The translations under genes and the position numbers were made by a program. Source: Ascidiella aspersa (lineage: Eukaryota). Taken from it: a stretch of 64,000 nucleotides of DNA. The stretch spans positions 7,192,001-7,256,000 of the forward strand of contig OZ004612.1 of the NCBI GenBank assembly GCA_963924565.1, in the 5' to 3' direction. The notes beneath the pieces are model-generated. The model worked only from the letters and a program-made list of their open reading frames with translations. It had not been told where the DNA came from and made no database searches. Each line of letters begins with the position of its first letter. The stretch's first letter is position 1. This document shows, piece by piece, positions 51,686 to 64,000 of this stretch.

Positions 51686-54600
51686 ATGGCAGACAAAGTG
51701 GCTCGTTTATGGCTTCTGTTAGTATTAGCCTTAATTTCATCTATGAGGATAAAAGAAGGAGAAGGTTCGTTTGTTGCTGAATAGTTTAATTCATTTTAAA
51801 GGTAGGGTTGGATCTAAGGTTGGTGCGAATCCATGCTCCCCCAAATTGTATATTTTGCACATTTTAAAAATGTAAATGCAAAATGTTTCACGCTTTGCGC
51901 GAAACTAGACCATCCTTATACTATGTTTTAGCCAGTTTACAAAAACACTTTTTTGTTTAAAGATACCGTGCTGCTCATCGCACCCTATGAGATCACGTTC
52001 GTGGCCATATAGATTTTCCGTCGTTTTAATAAAAATTAAAAGACATATTTTCATACCACACTATAAAACGTTATGGCCCTTTTTTTCCTTTTTTATTTAA
52101 GTGATTAAAAAAGGTTATTTAAATTAACGTTGCGAAGTTTATTTCTATATGACGTCTGATTTAGAAGTACCTTTTAACAAAAATGTAGGTTAGAAGATTT
52201 ATTCTGTGAACAACGTTATTGAGATTGTTTTAAACAATAGTAATGCTTTTTAATGTGAATCTGCGATGTCCTTCTACTTATTGTTTGCAGCACACAACTT
52301 TATTCTATTTAACGTTGAAAATACGACTTACACATTATCTGATGAACTTGTGGATGCGAACACGGCAGCAGCGAAGTGTAAACTGTTGGGTGGAGCTCTT
52401 GCTGTTTTGAAAGATCGATCTATTAGGGATAAGTTTTATCAGGAGATTCAAAACAGATATTACAACCCGGGTAAGTCTATTTGTACGATCAAGGTGGTGT
52501 GAAACATCTGATGCTTTTGACAACAAGGTTGTCCTATATTGTCGAATCGGAGCCTAACCCGATGACAAGTGTTATTATAACTACTAGTCCGATACTCGGA
52601 TGGTATCGATGCCGATCCGATACAAAATTGAACTATGCATTACGGTCATGTTTTGCGATCTTATGTAGGGTTTTATCACGGAAAAGAAATTCCTCAGATA
52701 TATAACTTAACAAATCGACAAACAAGCTTTCTAAGCAAAACGTAAAATTTAAGTCCAATACCCTAATCGTGAACATGATTCTTCACGGAATTAGCTTTGA
52801 GCTTATCCATTCGACCAAATTTGCTAACTTGGCGATTGTTATGACGTCATTCGTTATTGGATCGGATTGCGGTACGTTTCGCCCAAATTATTTGCTATCC
52901 GCATCGGAATAAAACATTTAGATCTGACATCCCAAGTGACAATATAACCTGGATTCGTAACAAAACGTGAGTCAAATTCCTGTTTAGTTGAATCGTTCTA
53001 CTGAACACAAATTGTTAATGGAGCAATCCAACTTCATCTTATCGCATTTAGTTTCCACTATATTCCACTATATACACAGCTTTGAGTCAAGTAATTACTT
53101 AAGCTCTAATCGTTCTAATAGATTTTATCAGTTATGTGAAAATATAATACCACTGACATTGATAAGAAGGCATTTGTTTACTACACAGCTATTAAAATAA
53201 ATAACATTTCAATTTTGTCTTTGAAGTTAGCTGTTTTACGATTTTCTAAAACATTATAAAATGAACTAAAGCACACTTTTTTTAAGATCTTCAAAGAGTT
53301 TACATCTTTTACGGCAAAGTTGGGGATAAAACAGTTTACAAATTCTCAAATGAATCAGCAATTCTAAAAGATTGGTCAAAGGCGAACGAACTTGGGCAAC
53401 TATCGTATTTGGACTTCTACAAAACGTGAGGGAATTTGATAAAATTACTATTAATTATATTTCAGGCCAACTAAAAAAAACAATTACGAGAATTAAAAAC
53501 GATTTCAAGATTTGAAGGGTATCCTACTTTTCAATTGCAATAAAACAAGTTCCGTCATTACAGGTTTCCGCAATGAACACACTTGTTTAACCACTACGCT
53601 AAAATAGGCAATTCATGTAGAGCGACTGTTGATGGTTAAATTAGATTGTTTAATCTAAAATTTGTGGCTAACGATCGGAGCTATTTGTATTTAATTCATT
53701 ATTTTGAGACCAGAAAAACATACTATGAAAGTTTAGGAATCACTGGATCAAACAGAATTTAACGTTTTGTAATTGTAATAAGCGAAGTGAACAGTTCGCA
53801 TACGCAATTTGTTTTCTGTAACCAGGACCTTCTGGAGACGTTCTGGTCAACGGTAACGACTAACATTATATATTACATCAGATAGCTAGATAAACAAATA
53901 GTCTGTAGTGTGGTTTGTACTCACCACCTCCGGCCATTGCGGACCACCGGTCTACCAACTAAGCTACTATGGCTCAGAGGGCAGCGATCACAGCACCTTT
54001 GCCTGTTGCACCCTGTTTGTACAAACAACCTCAATTAAACGGGACTAAATTAACAGCCCACTCACTCAGGGTCTGATTACACATTGTGTATATGAACGTT
54101 TTTAGTTAAATAAATTTCTTCAATTAAGGGTGTGAGAACAAACAGGGTGCGGCAGGAAATGGTCGTTTTCGCTTTGAGCCTGTGTAGTTCACTTGATAGA
54201 GCGAGTCGGTCCCTGTAGGACGGGTGATCGTAGGTTCAAAACTCACCCAGGCTAGTTATTGTTTTAGCCGGGCCTTGCGTTTACTATTATCCTGAATAAG
54301 CCTAACGATTTCGGTAAGCCTATTCGAAGGCATACGGGTGTTGTAATAAGGTAGTAATAAAATTAATAACTTTTTCTAAAGGGACTCCTTAAACAACTTG
54401 TTTAAATTGAGATTGGTACATTTCAAGATTAATTCGTTTTAGTGTAATTACATAGGACTTAAAAAGTCTCCCTTCCTTGAACTAGACCAAATCGAAAGCC
54501 CCATTAACAATAAACAAAATTATTCAAATTTTATAAAAGTTGGTTGTTATAGTCAGATATGCAAAATATGAGTTGTGAAACCCTAACTTAGAATAACAAT

Positions 54601-57600
54601 TGACTAACTCATAGCTACCCGGTCTGAACGTCACGACATCCATGCAAGTGTTATTTTCTGATTTTTCTTCAAATATAATGTCTAAAGTAATGCAATATGC
54701 TGGCCCTTTTTGACCTGCATATTGCAAGTATACTTTTTAACAAGAAGGATGACGGAAAATGTTGATATATGCAAAGGGTCTGTGCTTTCCTGGCCTATAA
54801 TAGCATGGATTTGCTATTTGTTTAAGATTGTATTATAGGTTAAAGTAAAATTATTTGTTTAAACAGTGATTTTTTTGAACTTGTAATTTACGTAACATCC
54901 CGAATTATCCCATATTCAGCTGTTCTGTTAGTCGATATAGTTATCGTTGCTTTAAATAAACAACATGTATCACAGTAATGATACCCAGCGAGAAGCAATC
55001 TACTTTTGTCAATATCATCACAAAAGATGGAGGGTGCTGACTATAGGAGAACCATCAGACAATGGTCCAATCACCGACGGTTGCCCACCTTCCGAAGGTG
55101 AGTGTTGAGTCAGAGTGTGAATAATATGTGTTTGTACACATGTTTATACACAATATACATGCACCAAAACAAAACTATTTGAAACTTTTAGTCAAAGTTT
55201 AGAACTCCTACAGATTTAACTGTTTAATATTGATTGTTCGGTACGCTGTAATACAGTATAAAGTTTCTTATAAAACCCATAAAAAAAACGAAGCTGTGAA
55301 TCATATTTAAAGGAAGGGTTAAATTGTTAAACCAAGGATAAGGGGTCTATAGACTCAAGATTTCCTGGCAGCTTTATTATGCTTGTGTAGGTTGGTCAGA
55401 CGTCTTCCACTTATACGCAAGAAGGTATCCAGTTGCAGGACACCAACCAATCTACAACTTCTGGAGAAATTTTGATCCACGTGGAAGCAGGTTGACTGAT
55501 GTGAATAGTCCTTACGGTGGATTTGATCAATTAAAGAAAACATTTTATTTACCAGGTATCCGAAAAATATCACACACGGTTTACAGCCCTCCACAAATAT
55601 CTAGACGTGTTAGAAAAACTTTTACTTTATTATTTAACTAAAAATACCTATAAACCACGGCTATTATATTTTTTTTATATACTTTGCTGTGTATAACGAC
55701 ATACAAAGTAAATCTATCCGACTTTACCCTTTCCGGAAAGAAAATTGATCGCTTACCTTCTACGGGAATAAATTAGATGGGAGAGGTGTAAGTTTAGACT
55801 TAGTTTGTGAATAGACTGTTACAACCCACGACTTGAACAGCGATTTGCTGTTTGTTGAATTCAAATTGACCTAGGTTTGTTTCGATACGAGTTGCGTCAC
55901 GACTTTTTGTAAATGTTACAGCTTTCTACGCTTCCAAAGACGAAGATTTATTCGACCCAACTTAAGTTCAGCCCTTTGTTTTTTTAAGTTACGTCCTGAT
56001 ATTCCATTAAGAGGGTGTTAATATTGATAACAACAAACGAGTTTCATATTATTAATAATTAATATAGTGAGAAGCATTTTTGTGGGAGCTCAATACAACA
56101 CAAGTTCTAAGCAATGGTTTTGGAATGATGGTACAAACGCAAACTTTTCCACAACACCTACAACATGTAAACAGAAAGCATTGTCGTATGGAATGAAAGA
56201 TCTGGAAGATAGAAACTGCTCGGGGCAACTGGCCTACTACTCGTGTGAAGTGAAATTAAATCGTGAGTACGCACAACCAACAAACCACTTTTCACCATCA
56301 TAATTACAACGTAGAAATTGATTACAATCAACATGTTGTGAACTATTGTTCAAAATTTAGTGACAACATGGATAACAACGGAGAAATGTAACTCCACAAT
56401 TATTAACGTGAACTGGTCTAACGATTTTAACAAAGTGGCAACCAAAATGAAACTTAATCTTACTATAAAGGTATTTTGTTTCTTTTCAAAACAATATAGT
56501 AAAAATGGTAATTCAAAAAGGTAACCTTGTTCATAGTACTCGGAATTGCTTTATCCGCAGATTGAAATCGAAAGAAAAAATAGCAATGTGTTTAATGAAA
56601 GCAAGTCACTACAAACTGACCGCATCAAAATATCAGGATTAGAGCAACGTACCAACTACCACGTAAAAGTAAATTTATTCGACTTTTTTAGAGTTTTAGA
56701 GTGAATTCCGATTTAGCCTACTTGAATACCACATTTGCTTTAAGGTTATATTTTACAATTCCAACAACTTCAGTATTGCGTCAACTCATAACGTCACAAC
56801 TGGATTTGGCAGACCGGATCCAATCACTGACGCCTACGTCAAGTCATCACAGCCTTGTGTTATCGCCTTTCGTGAAACTTCTTGGCAAGACAATGCTACC
56901 TCGTACAAAGTAATGTTTCTTTATTTAACTTTATTTCTCTAGACTTCAATCTGAATTTTGTTTATAGATCACCGCCTCTAGTGTCAACGGTGAAACCAAT
57001 CATACACTTACCACACATAATTATCAAGGGTTTGGTGGAGTTACAATTGACACTAGTAGTCATGGAAGAGGGGTCAATATTACCTTTACGGTTTGTTATT
57101 TTTGTACTTTTCAAGGCATGGCATCGGGCCTTAAATGTGATATGAATTTATCCCAAAAATGTAATATGAGTTTATTTAACCGAAAATGTTATTAAACACA
57201 AAAGACACAATTTTAATTATAAAGGTCACAATTTCAAAAATTAATTGTTGTGCAACCGAACCACAGTTAAAACGGCAAAGCTTATGATGAAATTTTAACT
57301 GATCTAAGAAAAATCGAGCATAATTTTATCCAATGGTTTAGGGCAGGCCACTTTTATTGTAAACTTATAATGCAAATTAATTTTTTATTATTTTGAATTA
57401 CTCTTTTGAAGCATTATTTTTCAACATGTATTATCGTCAGAAATAAAATTTGAGCAATTCTCCGTATATTATAATGCGAACTGAAACACAGGTGCAACCA
57501 TTTTCGTGCGATGGAGAAAGCACGATTAAGGCCGTGGAAGGATTTTGTTATTTGCCTGATCCCTCAACTGCAGTGAGTACTCCAAATCCAAGCACAGTAG

Positions 57601-60600
57601 TCACTGGTTGGTCAACCCAAGGTTACGAGTCAACCACGAAACAAGAAATTAAAACAGGTTTTAAAATATCAGATAATCCTGGCATTTCTTCCAATGCCAA
57701 TTTTCCTTGTATTACAGATGGCGACCCCTCATCTGACTTTGAATTACGGATAGTCAGTAAGTGAAACATGCGAAATTATTTCCTTGGATTTGCTCACTTG
57801 TACTTGTTGCTTCAAGCTTTAGCTGTGATTAACCGCTTGTTGTGTTTACATTTAGGTGGCGCTGTTGGCGCTGGTGTGCTTTTCCTTATTCTAATTGCTG
57901 TTGGGTGCGTCGTATACAGAAAGTATGAATATCATAGTATTGTAGGTTTATTGTATTATAAAAAAACAAATATATTCATGCTGGGTAGATTTAACTGTTT
58001 GCTATATTATTACCAACTATATCATTGGGCTCTGGCATGAATAATTCACGACAATAAGGAGGATTTAGGATTTAGTTAACGAATGCATAAAAATGTTTAG
58101 TACGACATCACAAATTTACCTAAAAATAAATTATCCTGTGGTCCACTAAAAAGGGCACAAGGACCCACATTTAGGCCGCGGCCCACAGTTTGTCGACCGC
58201 TGAACTATAGCATTACAATCTTTGGACACCTTAATGTCTCTTAGTCAGAGTTATTTACATTTTTTAGCCTCATTAGAATTAAATGCTATATACGTTTCAC
58301 TGGTCTGAGAATTTAATTACAGATACGCCCGAAATGTGAAACCACAAGATAAAATTCAACCCACCGTCAGTTTCTTTTCAAACGGTAAGGTTTACGAAAC
58401 AAACCTTGATTTTTAAATGTTTCCATTTTTTGGCAAAGTATACTGTTGTTTATTGTGTTGTTGTCATACATGTTTTCAGATGTGGAAAAAAACCGCCAGG
58501 ATGACGTCAATCAAGCGGGACCGTCGCGACCACCGGAAAATGTTTGTAGACGTTTTAGAATTGTAGACGTAAATGTAATGCGTGCAGGGAACTGTTTTTT
58601 TTTTTCAATTTACAGTTCGAAAATCCATACGTGAACGTGGAAATCAAACGACCGAAAAATGCTGAATCAAAAAAGAAATTTAAGCTGAAGATCGCCTACG
58701 AGAAAAAATCGGCTGAAAACTGCAAAATATTTTCCAAAGAATTTCAGGTAACGTTGCTGAAAGATTCTACGCAAAATTAGGAAATAAGGCAGCCGCTCTA
58801 AACTTTCCTAAAATGGCTGTGTAAGATCTTTGCTGTACAATTTGTATTGTTTTTTGTAAGACAACATTTTTGTGATTTGATATAAAATAACGCGGCTGGT
58901 ATACAGATATATTAAAAGATGTGATTTAAATATATGATAATGGCCTTGACTTGTCTCTCAAGAAAGCTTTATTTTTAACTGATTAGTTTTAATGTTTGTA
59001 GGAAATCATTCGAATTGATAAAAGCACACCGAAATCCTGCAAACAAGCCACATCAGATTTAAATGCACCTCGAAACCGGTACAAGAACATATTTACATGT
59101 AAGTGTACATATCGATTATCCGTTTTTAATTTAATGTAATCGCTAGCTAGTTACGGCAATTTTAAATCTGTTCAAAGAAAGTTAATTTCCTTTAATATCA
59201 TTGCTTTGTTGTGAATACACACGGCCTACTATTTTAACCAAGCATGAACAATATTTTATAGACGACCACTCTAGAGTGTTTGTTTTTGGTGGAAGTGAAG
59301 GAAACGATTACATCAACGCCTCCTACATTCCGGTAAGGCCTCGTGCTTTTACTTTCAAAACAAATTTGATTGACAGAAACTTTGTTTCCTTGTAGCGTTA
59401 ACTTTCTTCACTTTTTTAGGGCTACCAAAATGACAAGAAATTTATTGCTACCCAAGGACCAAAGCCAAACACCATTTCCGACTTCTGGCTGATGGTTTGG
59501 CAGCAAGAATCCTCGGTGGTTGTAATGTTAACCAGACTGACAGAATACGGAAAGGTAAAATGTGTTAACAAATGCTGAAGCATATAAACACGCGACAAAA
59601 AATATACCGACAAAGGCTGCGGACTTCTGTCGGGACTCGGGACCCGGGGATAAAATTAGATGGGAGTGGTGTAAGTTTAGACTTGGATTACGCCTATACT
59701 GTTACAACCCATGACTTGAACATTTGCTGTTTGATGAACTCAAATTGACCTATGCATGTTTGATACGAGTTGCTTTACGACTATTTGTAAATGGTACAGC
59801 CCATTTTTTCATGTTACATCGTTATATTCGATTAAGACTCACCTAGTCGGTTAGTTTTGCTTGATCGGAATTGGATCTCTAAACTCGAATGAGACTACAT
59901 AAAACTACCCGAATTCGCAGTAGCAATTTTCGAAACTGATAAGTCAAAAATTGTAATCTCGCAAAGGAGAATAGCATGTGGTGAAACATTTACCAAGCAC
60001 GTGTTATGGAGGGATAAATTGGGTGACTATCCAATATGATTGTATTATTTTGTATCCACCTTGTTTTAGTTACGTAAGTTGGTTGAATACCGGTTATAAA
60101 GTTGGAGCCGGTTCGGGACTTGACGAGATCGCCACATTTGCCGGAGTTGGACTCGGGTTTCTTTTTTGTACGGAGTTAGACTCGTTAGTCGGACTCAGGT
60201 TATTTTAACCGACTCCGCGGCACTGATACCGACCTCTCTAAATAACACCTTAATAACTTAACTTCCACACATACAAATAATTTTTGTAGGTAATAAACAA
60301 ATCCCATTGCACTTTTCATTACCTGTACGATACTGTTGTTTGTTGTCTTGACTTTAGAAAAAGTGTGAGATGTACTGGCCAGATTTGGGACAACAGGAAA
60401 CATATGGTCTTGTGATCGTCATTCTGGAAGAAGAAATCCACATCGGGGGAATAATCAGAAGAAAATTCACTTTGAAATATGGAAATTTACAAGTTGGTCT
60501 ACTACAGTATTTGTATTTATCGTTTAGCCTACTATATATAGTTCCATTTGAAATCCGTATGTGTTACTCCGCGTTTTCACAATGTTTATAGAGAACCTTG

Positions 60601-63473
60601 ATCCACCTGCAATATACCACGTGGCCCGACCACGGTATTCCAGTGACAACATCGAGCATGATTTACCTGAGAAAAATGGTGGAAGAATTAAGAGACATAT
60701 TAAAACCAGTAGTTATTCATTGCAGGTAATGTATTGAACCCTTCAAACACATCATTCTATTTTATTTTTTATATAACTGAAAATCAAACGACGCTTATTT
60801 AAAAAACTCACCAAGTCCTGATCCTCTAATGTTTACAATCTACCAAACAATGTCGTTTAAAGGTCATACACACATCTATATCGTTGTAGCAACTCTGTAC
60901 CTCTACCTAGCGGTAATTTGTATGCCCAACAATATTCGTGTGAAATTCCATACATCGCCTTCGGCTTGTATCTGCTTTATGCCTTTGTAACGATTGTCTT
61001 TGTAACAGACCGGCTCTGTCTCTCATCACGACCAGATTTAACTTTTATCTGATTTTCCTTGCTTTCCTCTGCTCGACCTAGTGTAATGCAATATACGAAA
61101 CCAGCTAGCACTACACTTATATTAGTCGGCAATATTCTATATAGATTGCACTACATCGTAATAGGATATACTTACCTACATATGCCTACACAGTGCCGGA
61201 GCAGGACGAACGGGGACTTACATCGCCATGGACACCCTATTTGACCAACTTGACGCTAAAGAGAACATCAATGCTTCTACTGTTGTGTCAAGGATGAGGG
61301 AATGCCGAACAGACATGGTTCAGACCCTAGTAAGTAAAGCCGTTTTTAATTGACAATTATATATCATTACTTGTAGCTTACCTAACATTTGAGTATTGCC
61401 ACGTGTAGCTTACCTGACAGTTGGCTCAACTTTGTTCTGCAATATGACAAGAAATAAAGTGTAATAGGCAGGTAATATTAAGTTATGCTATTTTTAATGT
61501 ACCAGTAGTACCGTGGCCTGTTTTCTGAATTAGATTGTTAAACAACACATATACCTCTTGAAACAGGAAGAGTACGTGTTCATTCACAAACTGCTTGCTG
61601 AGCATGAAATGTTTCCCGACTTTGACCGATCGACAAGCGATCTCCAAACTATGACTAAATACGAATTGTAAGTAAGCGAGATTTCTAAAACAAATTTTAG
61701 TAATATTTTCATCCTAAACTCTTTCTCTGATAGCCAAGTAAAAGTTTTTCGTTTACCCACTCGCCATATAGGCATAGTTTATTTCTATTTTAGCCCAAAA
61801 CCACTAATCACCAAGACTACCCTTAATTTTTTGGTTAATCATTTTCCTATCAGGAAACAATGTTTCGCTACGTATAGCGTTTACGTTATAATGAGCACTT
61901 GGAACACGTACACTGAAAATAATGTCTTAATTAGTATCACATCAATACCTATATTGCTTTCTCTGTTTCATACCATGAATTTACAAATTACAGGGACTTT
62001 ATTGGATCCGAAGAGTTTGCGCTTCTTTCGGAATCATTGGAAAACTCGGATGAGATATGTAAGTGCTACACATTGACCAACATCACCTGATAATGTTTTT
62101 TGATTTGACCTTATTTTAAAGCTAACGCTTTTGCGCTTTTAGACGATAACTTTAGCCTCTCAACGTGGGTGGATAGAAGCCAGGAAGTGGTTAGGATGAA
62201 TGCTTCCTATATACAGGTTTGTTGTGTACAGTTAAGCGTAAAAACGTTTGCTACAGGGAGCGTGAAAATAGTTTACACGGAGTTTTCTCTTGTTAATGCA
62301 ACCTACTGGATATTTAAATAATCGATTTTAGAAGTGGTTAGGTGAACTTAAAGTAGTTGTAATTAAGTAGAGTCGCATTCGAAAAGAACCACATCTCATC
62401 CCAGTATACGGTATACAGTACCCCTTATTTTAAATTGGACTTTAGTACCACTCGTGGTTTTTGGTGATAGCTTTCGTAAAATTGACTACAATGAATAAAC
62501 AAGTCTATGGGTATTTCTTTCACCATTTACAGTAGGATTTGGTTTGCGTTTGTCATTGGTTACATTAACTAACAACCACTATGGAGGCCGATTAGTCACT
62601 CTAAAGAGGCCTACATCTTAATTGTTGAACTAAAGGACCTAGGTTTCGCAATTGACTTCATTGCGTCTCAACAACCAGACAGCAAAACTGAGCAAGTGTT
62701 TTGGAAAGCTGCCGTGGAGCAACGAGTTGACGTCATCGTTAGTCTGGTGACTAGTTTTACATTATTTTCTATTAACGATATAGGCCTGCTTTTTTTTTGC
62801 TTACAAAAATATTTTATGCCAACATTTTACTTCAAATTTAGATTTCGAAAACTTTTGCATTTGTTTGCATTTTAACCCAAAATCCGACTAGGTTTTAAAT
62901 AACATCACATTGCCTTATTCTTTCTCAGGATGACCAGCGTGACCGTTTTGATTCATTTGATTCAAACTCTTTGATTTTACTTGGAAACAACATAAGCATT
63001 CAAATAACGTCCGTCAATGACGATGAATGGCATTCAGCGAAGTCTCTGTTGGTCAAGGTTAATGGTATTATTAAGGTATGGACTTAAACAGACTTGACTT
63101 TTTTATGACCACTTTTAGAACTTACGGAACAATACGTAAATTGTACGTTTTAAGTTAAATAGGCGTTTCACCGCGAATATCCGTGACAGCGCGAACAGGT
63201 TCCGTATAGAACTTTATATATTTAAACGAACCATATTGAATCTGGTTTTTCGTCTTCTAGGAGTAAAAAACTGTAAAATAAAATAATTTCGGCGACCAAC
63301 TGCTGACATATGTGCTCTTGACAGACAACCAGGAAGATTTCTTACCTGGTCGTCAAAGGCTGGTGCAACCCAGGTGCGCCACCAAGTATAGTTTCAATAC
63401 TGGAAGCTGTTTCATCGATACACAGATTTCTACACAATGCAACAAGAGAAGGGAGAGTGCTTGTTTGCTGCAA
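51686..63473 (+). CDS. Lectin/FN3 receptor PTP copy 3 (no copy-specific lesion seen; last two exons lie beyond the window)
   Basis: Exons 51686-51764, 52291-52470, ~54976-55097, 55391-55555, 56068-56262, 56361-56470, 56561-56668, 56745-56909, 56968-57090, 57492-57657, 57718-57756, 57856-57922 (TM), 58323-58384, 58480-58541, 58616-58747, 59002-59098, 59262-59332, 59420-59554, 60358-60492, 60592-60725, 61194-61329, 61567-61667, 61994-62058, 62143-62216, 62636-62746, 62929-63057, 63325-63473. D1 motifs RNRY, WPDHG and [11 protein letters not shown] are intact. Confidence 0.88.
53900..53974 (-). other. tRNA-like sequence, unit 3
   Basis: Matches the unit 2 copy at +15300. Confidence 0.6.
54177..54253 (+). 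other. tRNA-like sequence, unit 3
   Basis: Matches the unit 2 copy at +15300. Confidence 0.6.
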
Positions 63474-64000
63474 GTATGTGCTTGTTTTTAGTTTACGGTA
63501 GAAACTACCTTGACAAAAACATGTATATGCAAATACAGGTGCCCACATCAATATTAAAACACAATATGGATGCCGATAATATCAGATCGGAGCCGATACT
63601 CGATGCCAAGTGGTAGTATCGGTACACGTCCGATACTAGGCTGGTATGAGTGCCGATCTGATACCAAATAAAAATGGGGATTTTAGCCTTAATGTGAGAT
63701 GCAAATCAGCGATATCTACCTCATAATGTAAATTTATCAAAAAACATAACCCTAACAACTTGATGTTCCCATACTTTTTACCAAAAAGTTAATTTTGGCC
63801 AAATAATCTATAGGGAAAAAATCCTCTTAAAAATCCCATATTTTATTTTTATGAATATCTGAGCATCGTAACGACGTATTTGGTATTGGATGGGATTGTG
63901 ATAAATTTTGTTTAAAATATCTGGTATTGGTATTGGAATAAAATGTCAAGTATCGGACAACACTAAATACCAATAATGAAAAATAGGATCAGTCATTATA

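Larger units (their letters stand above)
49740..64000 (+). repeat. Tandem segmental unit 3 (truncated by window end)
   Basis: Colinear with units 1 and 2; ORF track repeats at +15300. Confidence 0.95.

Noticed and set aside
61831-62076. ORF 61831-62076 as a PTP exon
   Set aside because: The frame is closed in copies 1 and 2; the internal exon 61994-62058 in another frame fits both flanking splice phases.
20916-63473. Assigning a vertebrate gene symbol (PTPRA, PTPRE, PTPRC) to the PTP genes
   Set aside because: The ectodomain matches none of them, and orthology needs a phylogeny I cannot run.

Overview
AT-rich, intron-dense animal genomic DNA. Many 45-100 bp introns and short hAT-type MITEs suggest a compact invertebrate deuterostome such as an ascidian (inference only). 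The first ~18.4 kb holds one 8-exon LARP6 (Acheron) gene on the + strand, about 609 aa, with a La motif, an RRM and a C-terminal LSA/SUZ-C motif. It is preceded by a CCAAT-box promoter candidate and CpG-rich non-coding blocks. From ~18.95 kb to the window end there is a head-to-tail array of three ~15.3 kb units. Each unit carries a ~29-exon receptor-type protein tyrosine phosphatase gene with an unusual layout: signal peptide, C-type-lectin-like exons, an unassigned module, two FN3 domains, a Ser/Thr stalk, a transmembrane helix, a D1 domain with intact catalytic motifs and a degenerate D2. The copies differ. Copy 1 has two broken splice sites. Copy 2 is a chimera (5' like copy 3, 3' like copy 1, switch within 45281-45354) with a nonsense codon in a lectin exon. 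Copy 3 lacks those lesions but runs off the window. All copies share an apparently decayed lectin segment and an intronic back-to-back pair of tRNA-like sequences. Gene models were assembled by eye from GT-AG sites and reading frame.
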